From: Euprymna scolopes
Lineage: Eukaryota
Assembly (NCBI GenBank): GCA_053919585.1
Contig: CM132817.1
Direction: 5' to 3' (one strand)
DNA: 64,000 bases
Shown one piece after another: positions 23,731 through 35,619 of the stretch. Positions within the stretch are counted from its first letter, which is position 1. Every line of letters begins with the position of its first letter. A program made the position numbers and the translations under genes. The notes beneath the pieces are model-generated. The model saw nothing but the letters and a program-made list of their open reading frames with translations, was not told the origin of the DNA and ran no database searches.

Positions 23731-23777
23731 CCTCTGATGAGAGGGAAAGTTTTTCTTCGAAACTCCGCGGATTAAGG
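23731..23777 (+). ncRNA. Minimal hammerhead-ribozyme-like motif in a PLE terminal repeat (degenerate)
   Basis: CCT-CTGATGA-[stem II GAGGGA..TTCTTC]-GAAA-C-TCCGCGGA (palindrome)-TTA-AGG. There is a second copy on the minus strand at 26454-26500. One stem III pair is mismatched. Confidence 0.5.
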
Positions 23778-23966
23778 ACTATCCACTTATTTAGTGTTTC
23801 CGTTTCGAATTAAATATGTTTTAACTCTTTTTCAAAGTGTTTTAACATGTTCTATTAACTATTTGCTCTTGATTACTGGGTGTAAAAAGTGTGTAATTTT
23901 CCAAGGCGGAAAAAGATAAAGAGAAAGAACAAAAGGAGACTGAAAGAGACGAAAGAAGCTATTATG

Positions 23967-24035
<69 letters not shown>

Positions 24036-24144
24036 TTAGCCTGACCAAATTTGAAAAATCGTTAAAGTTAAATCGCATTAAGAAAAAAGTTATGAATCAT
24101 ATTCCAGAGGTGTTTTATTTCTTTATTTTGAAAATAACTAAATC

Positions 24145-24330
24145 GACCGTAGTCAAAGGCGACTGGAACGGCCCCTTTTCATTTTTTTTCTGCGTTTGGA
24201 TGTAACGAAAAGCGTCGCACATTTCCTTTGATTGATTTACTTACCCTTTATCTCGATCTTGTAATCCTGATTGGTTAGGAAGGAGTTATCATGCACCATT
24301 TCTTTGTAATCTTTCATATGACCCGCTTGT
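24145..24330 (-). mobile_element. Decayed tRNA-type SINE (Meta-domain-like core)
   Basis: The reverse complement resembles GGTCATATGAAAGA..AAATGGT..AAGGGTAAGT. A related copy at 29930-30080 retains a B-box-like GGTTCAATCC followed by CGAGTCATAC. Confidence 0.45.
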
Positions 24331-26236
24331 TCTTTCCCTAATACTAATATCCTTTCTTAATCCAACAACATAACATTTCCATTTTATATGTGACGTATCA
24401 GAATTATATAATTCGGATACGTCACATTCTTGGGACCTTGAATTTGTAACTCACTTTCCCTTATTTTTCCTTAGATATCATGAGTGATCTTTCTGACAAA
24501 GAGATGGAAATTGTTTTTTTTTTTTTTTGATAAACTGGCATCTATCAGCACGTCTTTCTGGCTGTTATTTTTTATATTTGAAGCTGTATTCTTTCGCTTT
24601 TTATATAAAAAACAAATTCTCATCCGCAAAACGACAGTGTGTTCAATGGTGTGCAACATGAATTGTTACATGATTCCCCATGTTTACCTACAAATGCGAT
24701 TCCAAAACCTTAATGTGTACTCATTTGAAAAGCGGAAAATACGAGAAGACTTTATTCCGGTGTAGAAGATCATCAACGGCAATTTAAAGCTAGGTTTTAA
24801 AAAAACCCCTAATATTTCACGGTATCCTCGTTTCCGTCTTTATAATATCTTAAGGTATTTTCCATATTTGCCGCGCAAAGATCCTGTGGATTTTAGGAGG
24901 TCATACTATAGAAAAATGACTGTCACAAAAGAACCCGCCGTTTAGCATCTAAAACCTCGATATCCAAAAAGAATACATATTTGCTTAAACTAGAATATTA
25001 GTACGTGCCACGTTTGACCTGCTTTATTAGACGTCGTTTTACCACTAAAAAGGCTAAAATAAATGCTAGATATGAGTATCACTGGACTAAAGCATGCATT
25101 ACGTAAAATCTCCGTGTTTCTTCACCATAGAACAACCTGAAGTAAGAGTTAGTGACGATGATTACCATATCCGAATTTGACAAGCATTCCAATTGTATGT
25201 GGGCGTAAACATCTTCTTTTTAACACTTACATAGGTTACTGTACTTGTTTTACTAAATGAATTTATTTTGATGACTTGATTGAAGATTGAACCCCGCACT
25301 TACGACAAATTAAGAAACAATTTAAGCAGTATGTGGAATTTATTGGCATTAAATAGCAGAAAACAGATTGATATGTCGCTGAATAAACAAATCAGCTTAT
25401 CAAGTAATCGTCCACAATAACTGCTTTTTTATAAGATTTTACATGAAAGAAATCAAAGCTAATAAATTATAGATTTGTTAATTATAAGCAGTTTATTTGT
25501 ATATAAAAAAAATCCCAGAAAATGGTTGATATGTAACCTAACAGGTTAAACCAAATTAAACCAAACGTAAATAGGGCAGAATTATGATAATGTTATGTAG
25601 ATGGCATTTTCTGAAAAGATCAACGCCTGGCACATACTTGAGTACAAGAAAGAAGAAATATATAAGTAAATGTTGACTATGATTAAATGATTGGTATGTG
25701 CGTATCGTTCTATTGCGACAGGTGCGTAATGACCAATACGTGAGTCTGTTGTTTGCACTTAAAACACATGATTTAAATATATGCTTGTTCATTTTGTATT
25801 AACAGATCACCGTTTCTACGTAGACACGGTAACCAACTCCTAAATATCCCCTTCGAGAATTGGACATTTGTCCACTTAGCCTTTTATGACCAGAAACAAA
25901 TNNNNNNNNNNNNNNNNNNNNNNNNNNNNNNNNNNNNNNNNNNNNNNNNNNNNNNNNNNNNNNNNNNNNNNNNNNNNNNNNNNNNNNNNNNNNNNNNNNN
26001 NNNNNNNNNNNNNNNNNNNNNNNNNNNNNNNNNNNNNNNNNNNNNNNNNNNNNNNNNNNNNNNNNNNNNNNNNNNNNNNNNNNNNNNNNNNNNNNNNNNN
26101 NNNNNNNNNNNNNNNNNNNNNNNNNNNNNNNNNNNNNNNNNNNNNNNNNNNNNNNNNNNNNNNNNNNNNNNNNNNNNNNNNNNNNNNNNNNNNNNNNNNN
26201 NNNNNNNNNNNNNNNNNNNNNNNNNNNNNNNNNNNN

Positions 26237-26778
26237 AATGATCCAAGATGGTAAAATTAAAGTATATTATAAATATTAAAGAATTAATATTTATAAAATT
26301 ATCTCAGCCAGATGTAAAAGCTCGATAAAACCAAATAGGAAATAGAGCTTATAATATGAGCAGACAGTTGATAAAATATGTTAAAAAACACTTTAATAAA
26401 ATGAGTTAAAAACATATTTAATCTGAAAAGGAAACACTAGATAAATGGATAGTCCTTAATCCGCGGTGTTTCGAAGAAATACTTTCCTTCTCATCAGAGG
26501 GTAGGTATTAGCAAAATGCGGGATCAGATTTTGCATGCAGAAGTATTTGATGAAACAACAAGTAAGTCAAAGATCTTACTTGAAAACAAAAAAAGTGAAG
26601 CAGAGGGAATATGGTGAAGTAAAAGGTAATTCCACATGAACGGATAGTCTGGTGGAAGATAAAAAATCCAGTGACGCGGATTAAGGGCTATCTATTTTTC
26701 TAGTGCTTCCTTTTCAGATTAAATGTGTTTTTAACTCATTTCAAAGTGTTTTTAATATATTTTATTAACTGTTTGCTC

Positions 26779-26780
<2 letters not shown>
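26237..26780 (-). mobile_element. Penelope-like terminal repeat plus an inverted partial copy
   Basis: Reverse complement of the 23600-23870 and 4040-4250 sequences up to ~26670, followed by a plus-strand partial copy at 26675-26780. Contains a hammerhead-like core. Confidence 0.65.
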
Positions 26781-26820
<40 letters not shown>

Positions 26821-26822
<2 letters not shown>

Positions 26823-27170
26823 CATCCACATACAGTACTGTTTCGCTGTATCACATCTTATGCAATGCAGCTAGATAGGCAACTACCGCAAAACCCGATC
26901 GCCCAAACGACAGTCAAGGCTTCTACCCACTACACTATTTGGCTGCTGCTGTGTGGGTAGTTAATTAACGATATATTGACATCGTCCATATTTCGATTTG
27001 TTTACAAAAAAAAGCATCGCTTAATACACAGTTTGTATACCACTTTCCAATATGCTCAACCCAACATAGGGAGCACGATAGTCATCCACATACGGTACTG
27101 TTTCGCTGTATCACAGCTCATCAGTGCAGCTAGACAGGCAACTACCTCAAGTCAGGGTCGAAACCCAACC
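26821..27170 (-). mobile_element. Retrozyme-like ~260-nt tandem repeat with tRNA-like boxes and a hammerhead ribozyme
   Basis: GTCATCCACATACRGTACTGTTTCGCTGTATCACA is directly repeated at 26821 and 27081. The minus strand shows an A-box-like TAGTGTAGTGG and a B-box-like GGTTTCGACC. A third copy lies at 31831-32040. Confidence 0.65.
27086..27129 (-). ncRNA. Type I hammerhead ribozyme (intact core)
   Basis: CUGCA-CUGAUGA-GCUGU(GAU)ACAGC-GAAA-CAGUACC-GUA|UGUGG. It has a complete core, a perfect 5-bp stem II, a 5-bp stem I with two G-U pairs and a GUA cleavage triplet. Confidence 0.8.
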
Positions 27171-27189
27171 ACCCAAAAAAGTAAGAGAT

Positions 27190-27501
27190 GAGAGTTTATT
27201 TTTTAACTCATCAGATCAATAAGGAAAAGATAAAGCAAGAAATAAACTCTTTAGGCAATGACATTTCGAAGCTAAATGTTTCTCATCAGATAATTTTTTT
27301 CGTCTTTCAGGGGAAAAAGACTTTGCCTTTCCTTGTTGGCTTAATGAATTATTAAATAAAGCTACCAAGATGCTAAACGTTTTGTACGATACAATTAATA
27401 ACAGAAGAAAGTATGAAATTACATAAAACTTAATACTTTCTTCTTTTATTAATTGCTCAACTTAATCGTACAAAGCGTCTACTATCTTGATAGCTTTATT
27501 T
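27190..27501. repeat. Second PLE-like terminus with an imperfect ~150-bp hairpin
   Basis: Inverted arms at ~27354-27414 and ~27434-27501. A degenerate CTGATGA..GAAA core lies on the minus strand at ~27262-27290. Confidence 0.4.
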
Positions 27502-29233
27502 GCTAAAATAGTATGTCAATCTGTTTCAATTTGATTTATAACTACATATACACATATATATGTGTGTGTATGTATATATATATATATGTGTGTGTGTGCG
27601 TGTGTGCGTGTGTTTATATATATATGTATATATATACACCGCAAAATCATGTGGACACACCAATCTTTACGTCACTGAAATTATGTAACTTTAACCCTGG
27701 TCAGTAGCATATGGGGAACGTTTAAAACTACCAAGCGTTGTATGTAGGAGGACTTCGATATCTCCCTACAACGACTGTAAAACACTTACTACGACATTTT
27801 CATTGCTGTGATACACATGCGACTGGGGGCATTTTACCTCACTATCTAGAAAGGTACCTTGCAATGCTCTTTTCAGCCATATTTTATATGCATCATTTCC
27901 CAACCCTATTAAAAACGCACTCCCCTTATCGTCCTGAATATGCCTCCAAACTCATTTATGATTGGAATATAAATCTGTATTACAATGAGGTATTTTACCA
28001 CTGAATTGACGGAGACAACACGTCATATTCATAGAAAATACGAAATGTGAAAGAGGGTTGCAGATCTGAAGAGTGCGTGGGAGCCAATCAAATTACAGAT
28101 GCGTTTCTGCATCTTATCAAGAAGTTCACCAGTCCAAACATGACAATAGTACTCAATGCATGGTCTGATAGTGGATTTGTAGAGAAAGAAGACAGCCTTA
28201 GGAAACGTTTCGAGCGATAGAGATGACAGATTATAAAGAAAGCAGAAAAAGCTATGTATCTACTATTTAAATTACATTAAACTAAAGACTAATTGTTTAC
28301 AGAATATATGTACAATGTCCACATAAAATGGCCCAGCAACGGTTGACATGCTGTAAAACCGAACTATTACCGAAGTAAACCCAACCATTCCAGGTTTATA
28401 CCAACATCAGACGTGTAGCATTTTGAACTGACTTGTTTTCTTTCGAGAGCATGGCTCCGTTCATTTGTAGGAGGTCCATAGTTCCAGAATTTACATTCCC
28501 GCCCTTTAGGATATGTCCCTACTGAGAAAATTCTTACTTGACTTTCAAGACAACTTTTCATTCGGTCTCAATTCTTTTCCTCTATAGTGTTGGCTGTTAA
28601 AATCCCACGTTCCTGAACTTGTGTCACAGCTTTCAGCAATGAGAGAGAGAATACCGACCAATCTACCTCACTCTTTATCTAGACTATATTTTACACACTT
28701 GCTTCTTTCTCTCTCTCTCTTCTTCTTATCATGTTGCTATCATATCAGGCTGTCTGAAGATATTAGCTTCCTGATCTAAAATGCACCAAAACATTCTAAA
28801 AATATGGAAGATCTTGAAACATAAAATCTTTTTTTCTAATATCACTGAATTTGGCAGTAAATAATCAAAAAAAGGATTGATATGACGTAAAATAATAGAA
28901 CCGAAACAAAGACAATTAATTTCTCTTTTAGGAAGACGCACTCACACTTTTTTCTCATTAGCTGCCAATCGTTTAAACTCAAAGTCTTCATCTGAGTTTT
29001 CTTATTTTGTCTCATTTTTCCTTTCGTATATCTTCCATCCATGCGTTCTTCCATTATTTCCCAAGTTTAAAATCGCTCGTTCTCTCTAATTGTCTCCCTT
29101 TTCGCTTCCCCCTTTCTGACTCTTTTTTTTTATAATGCTTTCTCTTTTCACTTCGTCTTCTCTCTTCTACATTAGTATTTCTTTTCACTCTCTTTATTCT
29201 TTTCTTTTGTGTTTTACTCTATGTTCTCACCTC

Positions 29234-29324
<91 letters not shown>

Positions 29325-31033
29325 ATAATAGCTTCTTTCGTCTCTTTGAGTCTCTTTTTGTTCTTTCTCTTTATCTTTCTTTTTCCGCCTTGGAAAATTA
29401 CACACTTGTTACACCCAGTAATCAGTAATTATTGGAGTAGACATCGCNNNNNNNNNNNNNNNNNNNNNNNNNNNNNNNNNNNNNNNNNNNNNNNNNNNNN
29501 NNNNNNNNNNNNNNNNNNNNNNNNNNNNNNNNNNNNNNNNNNNNNNNNNNNNNNNNNNNNNNNNNNNNNNNNNNNNNNNNNNNNNNNNNNNNNNNNNNNN
29601 NNNNNNNNNNNNNNNNNNNNNNNNNNNNNNCCGGAGTATTCAAATTATGTCTCCAGGTCTCTGCTGGCCTCTCATTCCGCGACAACCATGTTCTCGCACT
29701 TGTTTACCCGTTGAGCTGTTTGAAGAACGTCTTAGACTCTTCATTCTTTTATGATCACGTGTGTCATATCCTCACCCCGCACAAAGCATAAATATTTTCT
29801 ATCGATCTCAGTCTAATTGAAAACTGAGGAATTTTGATAATTGTTTCTCGACATGCCACACATATATTCCATATTAAAACACTACTAGACTATAGACGAG
29901 GGTGACTTGAATGTTATTTTTTCATTAGCTGTTACGCCGAGATGTAGGGGAGGCGCAACTTTCATTTCGTCAAAAACCCTTGATACTCACCTTATAAGCG
30001 TTATGTTTATGAGTGGACCATGTTTAAGTATGACTCGAGCCAGGATTGAACCCTGGTCTTCGTTTTACTAGTGAACACTTTTATCATTTTTAGAAAATAA
30101 GCCGGTCAGTATATAATAAGGCTAAATCTTACGTTTAGAAATCGTTTTATAATTTTTTTTAGACTCCGTTTCATAATTTAATTCTAGAAAATATCTAAAA
30201 TTTACAGCGTAAGTTTAAAGGGTCTTAAGTAGAAACTGCAAGTGAAGGAACCTTGATCAAGTCTGATAGATTGGAATTTTCAAATTTGTGATTATGGCCA
30301 TAAATTGTCACTCTAAAATATTTTTAAAATACTACAAAAAACAATTTTTTTAAATATTTGTAACCTAGCAGGGTACGTAGAATTTTAACGGAATGAGAAA
30401 TATATTGAATAATAAAACTGGATATCGCGAGGCATTATATTCTTGTACAGAAAACCCAATAAAATGGAGCAAATATGTGTGTATTAACATTTCTATTAAA
30501 TAGTGTTCATTGTACTTTAAATATAGAACGAAACTAAATGAGAGGAATTAATAATTACTTATAAATACACAGAAAGTATTATTGTGCTACATAGTTCAAT
30601 ACAAATAATAAAATCTCATAGTCATAGATAATCTTTAATTTTCTCCTTCAGTCCAGCACCTTTTCGCTAAACAATGTTAAGTTTGCCCTATTTCTTTCGC
30701 ATGTTCCTTTTTTATATAAGGCTCTGCCGANNNNNNNNNNNNNNNNNNNNNNNNNNNNNNNNNNNNNNNNNNNNNNNNNNNNNNNNNNNNNNNNNNNNNN
30801 NNNNNNNNNNNNNNNNNNNNNNNNNNNNNNNNNNNNNNNNNNNNNNNNNNNNNNNNNNNNNNNNNNNNNNNNNNNNNNNNNNNNNNNNNNNNNNNNNNNN
30901 TGAATGTATTTTTTTATGCAAATCACTCGAGATAATGCATGGATCCACTTGATGTAAAGAGCTAACAAGAACGAAAAATGATTATTACAATGACAGAAGA
31001 TGCCGATTGACATTAATCTTGAAAATTCGAAGG

Positions 31034-31376
31034 TTGGTTGGTTGTTTTTGTTTTACGGCATATCAATCCTTTTCGGGTTATTTAATGCCGAATCCAAAGA
31101 TTTTGAAGAAAATTTTTTTTAATAGAATATATTTGTTGTTTTCACGTCAGTTTCCATTTAACCCATAATTGGGACCATAACAGGTACTACCACTCCGGGT
31201 CAGAGTGGACCTGGAAGCAATGGTAATTAAAGGGTGGCTCAACACTCCCCAAAGCCCACAAGCTGGAGCCTCACTACTGGATATAGTTTAAGGTCATATC
31301 CAGGACCCCCATTGAGGGACTTTTACCCTTTGCAGGGGGGGCAGTCGGCGTATTCTAATGCCCCACCGACAGGGCC
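31034..31376 (-). mobile_element. Full-length SINE-like retroposon with a 13-bp TSD
   Basis: The exact direct repeat GAAAATTCGAAGG flanks the element at 31021-31033 and 31377-31389, and there is an (AACC)n tail. Homologous copies lie at ~41998-42280 and ~47618-47885 (+). Confidence 0.85.
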
Positions 31377-31399
31377 GAAAATTCGAAGGCTATACGTAG

Positions 31400-31800
31400 A
31401 AGGAAAGCAGTGAGCAGGAAGAGAGTTTCACAACATTGCAATGCTTTTAAAGAAGCTACTAGAATATGGAGTTGTATTACAATGAAGTATCAAAACAGCG
31501 AATTGATGGAGACCTTTAAACCATCAAATAAAGCGAGCTGCAAAAAAGGAGAGAATGGATCAGACATTCTGAGAGACACATTTTATTATAGTATTTGTAA
31601 AAATAAGTCTAAGACTAACATCATTACATCTGTGAGAGAGAGATTGCAGGGAAGAAGTAAAGGTAGGGAAGGCCAATCAAATTTCTACAATTTATCAAGA
31701 ACCTTTAAATGAAACACAGAATCAGCAGCCCAAATATGACAACCGTACTCCATACACGGTCTAATAGGGGATTCGTAGAGATGGAGAATAGCCTCGGGCG
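31400..31800 (-). pseudogene. CR1-like LINE fragment
   Basis: The minus strand encodes IRPCMEYGCHIWAA, the same family motif as at 40683. Confidence 0.55.
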
Positions 31801-31830
31801 TGAAGTAGTGCTTGAACACTGGACAAGTTA

Positions 31831-32040
31831 ATTCCCTATCCTGGATTGAGCATATTGGGAAGAGATATACAAACTGCCTTTAGCGCATTAAGCAATGCTT
31901 TTTGTGTTCAAGCGTTTGCACATCGTTATTACACTTATCCTTTTAGCTGCAGCCGAACAGCGTAACTGTCGTCTACGCAGTCGAGTTTCAAACCTAGTTT
32001 GAGGTAGTTGCTTGTTTAGCCGCACTGATGAGCTATGATA
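31831..32040 (+). mobile_element. Retrozyme-like monomer, truncated inside the hammerhead
   Basis: Homologous to the reverse complement of 26881-27130. It ends CCGCA-CTGATGA-GCTATGATA. Confidence 0.6.
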
Positions 32041-32049
32041 AAGGGACCC

Positions 32050-32537
32050 TTCACCGGACTATCCATTCATGTGAAATCTTTTTATCATTTTTCTTTTACC
32101 TCCTATTCCCCTTACCTCACCCTTTATTTTTAACCAAGGAAAATCTGTGACTTACTTGTAGTTTCATTAAATACTTTTATATGCAAAATCCGATCCTGCA
32201 TTTTGCTAATTCCTGTCCTCTGGTGAGAAGGGGAGTATTTCTTCGAAACTCCGCTTATCTTGTGCTTCCTTTTTTGTGAGAGTATTTTGTGCTTCCTTTT
32301 ATGTGAGAGTATTTCTTCGAAACTTCACTTATCTTGTGCTTCCTTTTTTAAAATTAAATATGTTGTTAACTCTTTTTCAAGATGTCTTTTAACATGTTTT
32401 ATTAATCATTTGGTCATATTATAAGCTCTATTTCCTTTTCGGTTTTATTGAGCTTTTACATCTGGTTTAGATTACTTTACTTGTAAATATTAACACTTTA
32501 ATATTTATAATATATTTTAAGTTTACCATTTTGATTA
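32050..32537 (+). mobile_element. Penelope-like terminal repeat copy
   Basis: Homologous to 23580-23870 and 4040-4250. The hammerhead core is mutated (CTGGTGA) and there are small internal duplications. Confidence 0.65.
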
Positions 32538-32798
32538 NNNNNNNNNNNNNNNNNNNNNNNNNNNNNNNNNNNNNNNNNNNNNNNNNNNNNNNNNNNNNNN
32601 NNNNNNNNNNNNNNNNNNNNNNNNNNNNNNNNNNNNNNNNNNNNNNNNNNNNNNNNNNNNNNNNNNNNNNNTCTCGGCAAAGTCGAGCTCTTTCTAAGCT
32701 ATTCTTTATGACAGTTCTTAACATCGGAAGTTGTAGGGAAAGAATTTCCTGCGCATGTTTGCCTTAAGTTATTGAATTTTTAAAATGTGACTTATGTG

Positions 32799-32866
<68 letters not shown>

Positions 32867-32867
<1 letters not shown>

Positions 32868-33216
32868 TAGAGATATCCGTCCAGGTGAACGTATAGTTAT
32901 GTTAACATGTTTAGAATTGTTATGTTTGTTATGTAAATAATAATGTTACTATTTGCCCCATAATATGCATATTTTCTGTCAGGTTCTAGAGTATTATGTG
33001 TGCGTTCGTTGATGTTGTGTTTTTGTTATTTTTTAATGATAAACATTGTACCCATTTTATGCTATTTTTTAAATACATAGCTTTATATGAACAAAATGAA
33101 CATAATATTAAAAACAATAATATAACCAGTAATAAGTAAATAATAAAATAAAGTAATTAAATAACAAAATAAGATTAATAATAACAATAAAAGAAATAAT
33201 AAAAATTCCACTAAAT
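32867..33216 (-). mobile_element. Possible Helitron 3' end
   Basis: The minus strand reads CGTTCACCTGGACGGATATCTCTAG|T into (TA)n, i.e. a weak hairpin plus CTAG. The extent beyond the gap is unknown. Confidence 0.45.
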
Positions 33217-34090
33217 NNNNNNNNNNNNNNNNNNNNNNNNNNNNNNNNNNNNNNNNNNNNNNNNNNNNNNNNNNNNNNNNNNNNNNNNNNNNNNNNNNNN
33301 NNNNNNNNNNNNNNNNNNNNNNNNNNNNNNNNNNNNNNNNNNNNNNNNNNNNNNNNNNAGAAGTGACACCCGGCGGCTCTCTTTAATAATAGGAGATTGC
33401 CTGTAATCAATCTGAAAATCACTTTATTTCATATATATTTTTAAGAGTGAAGTGTATGCTGTATCTTTCGATAATAGCTGACGCAGTTTACGATCCAAAC
33501 ATCACTTTATTTCATATATATGTTAAGAATTGGGGCTATAAGGATTTAATCCCGGAAATGTCTGAAGCAAATTACGATCTAAGAATCACTTCATTTCATC
33601 GAACAAATTCAGACATTCAATTTCATATTGAATAACACATATTTATCTTATGAAATATATATATTTGCAAATGCTGCTATATCATCTGTCAACATCCTAC
33701 ACTTTTGTTAATTTTTGGAACCAACTCCCACCAATCGTACTCCTTACTGATTCATTCTATTTTATTATAACTATGAAAAAATTGCAAAAGTTGACATGCA
33801 GCAGGTTTCTATCAAATCTTATTACTTATATGTAAAATTGTCAAGAAAATAATATGACATTATTATTACTAACTGATTTACAAGCCACTTTGAATAAATT
33901 ATAATCACTAAATAAAAAAAGGTATGCCTTACTATAATTCTATTTCTTGTAATAATATATCTCAAGCAGTTCTCCATAGTTGGACAAGAAAAATAATTTT
34001 TTATTAACGGTCTGATCTGAATAAATATTACATTGATCATTCTATTTAAGGCCATTTTATTATTTGCTTATGTGATGATGTTTTTAACTG

Positions 34091-34117
34091 CCGTGGGATT
34101 TCCACGGGTTCTGCTAG
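34091..34117 (+). mobile_element. Helitron 3' terminus (hairpin + CTAG)
   Basis: CCGTGG-GATTT-CCACGG followed by GTTCTG-CTAG|T. The 5' end was not identified. Confidence 0.65.
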
Positions 34118-34132
34118 TTGTTGTTATTGTTA

Positions 34133-34196
<64 letters not shown>

Positions 34197-34308
34197 AACC
34201 CTTGATCTTTGAAGCTCCTGGTTTGGAGCCGGGATTGACGGAAGTCCTCTGGAAATGACTCCCATCTCTTTTCCGGGAGACGTTGATAAACGAAATCAGA
34301 ATTATTAA

Positions 34309-34354
<46 letters not shown>

Positions 34355-34696
34355 GTTATTTACTCACTAGGAGTAGTCACACAAGGCATCATCAAAGATG
34401 CTCTTTGAGAACAACTTGCGGTCTTCCATCGAGTCTGAGTGACCACAAGTCTCCCCAGACTTTCAGTACTCTCCACTTCGTTCGATAAACTTTGTTATCG
34501 CAATAGCCGCTTACTATTGATTTCTCGTTGGCGGCAGCTATTCGTCTTCACAAGAAGTTAGATGGCAATAATCCTCCCCAAGGTCCCAGTCCTCTTTGCA
34601 CTCAACCAGCGGAAGTCTGGTTAGTTCTTTCTCTCCTGATCTATCCATCCTCCTTGACCCTCATTATTTTGGGGTGCCCGTTTATGATGGCACTAA

Positions 34697-34757
<61 letters not shown>

Positions 34758-35389
34758 GCAATAGATTTTTAAGCGTTCGGTAAATAAAATCCGGTAATCA
34801 GGAAAATGTAATTGAAACACAAACAAAATCGTCAGATTGTCTGAAAAATAAGAGTAGATTCAGAAGGGAGCGGTGATTATTTACCAAGGAAACCATTAAT
34901 GGTGAAAAATAATATCACAGATTCCGTTAATGAAATAATGACGAGCTACGTTAAAGAGTGGATCTGACGATGAATGATGAGGGTGAAATCTGCTAATCAT
35001 TTCTTTAAGTAAGACGCGTTTGAGATAGTGGCTTTGGGCGGAATCAAATTTCCGGAAATATGCATTAGTTCTATCAAGACGCTTGCCAGTATTGGAACTA
35101 TGATTTGCGCTTGTACTTATAGTCAGATAATATGATTGAAAAATGGAAAAACAATTTACTTTATTTCGTAGATATATACATTTTGTATTTTGTATAAAAT
35201 ATATATTTGCTTATATATTTTTAATAAATTGTCCTTAACTATTCAAGGCAGAAAATGAATGAATGTTAACATTTGATTACAGCCCGTACATGAATACGCA
35301 ATAAACAAGCGTTCATATATATATATATAGTATTTACTATAGTAACTTTTGGGAATCATCAGTACAGGGTCTCACGATTAACGCCAGTC

Positions 35390-35463
35390 GAGATACTCGA
35401 ACCTTGGCAACAGAAGGCATGTTTGGCTTCATTAGCAAGGACCCGAACCACTCGCCTACCGCA
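35390..35463 (-). repeat. tRNA-derived SINE head remnant
   Basis: The minus strand shows an A-box-like TAGGCGAGTGG and a B-box-like GGTTCGAGT. No full cloverleaf was seen. Confidence 0.4.
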
Positions 35464-35619
35464 AACCGCGAGAGATACAGTTGAAATTAAACATTTATTT
35501 TATCAAATGCTTTTAAAGTCAGTCAGAGTGGTCTAATCATTATATGACGACCTGTGCCTATGAGCTAAGTTGACTTTATTATAACTGAAAGTGCTTAACG
35601 ATAAGAAACAGGTTTCTTG

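Larger units (their letters stand above)
22471..23970 (+). mobile_element. 5'-truncated Penelope-like element: EN remnant, long T-rich 3' region, pLTR-like end and an inverted segment
   Basis: The EN remnant is followed by a T-rich tract and a terminal repeat with a hammerhead-like core. 23870-23970 is the reverse complement of 29321-29425. (TA)n flanks both sides. Confidence 0.6.

Noticed and set aside
27635-27990. Possible Tc1 remnant (ATGTGGACAC start, IAVI..GG-like peptide)
   Set aside because: It is too degraded and no matching right TIR was found.
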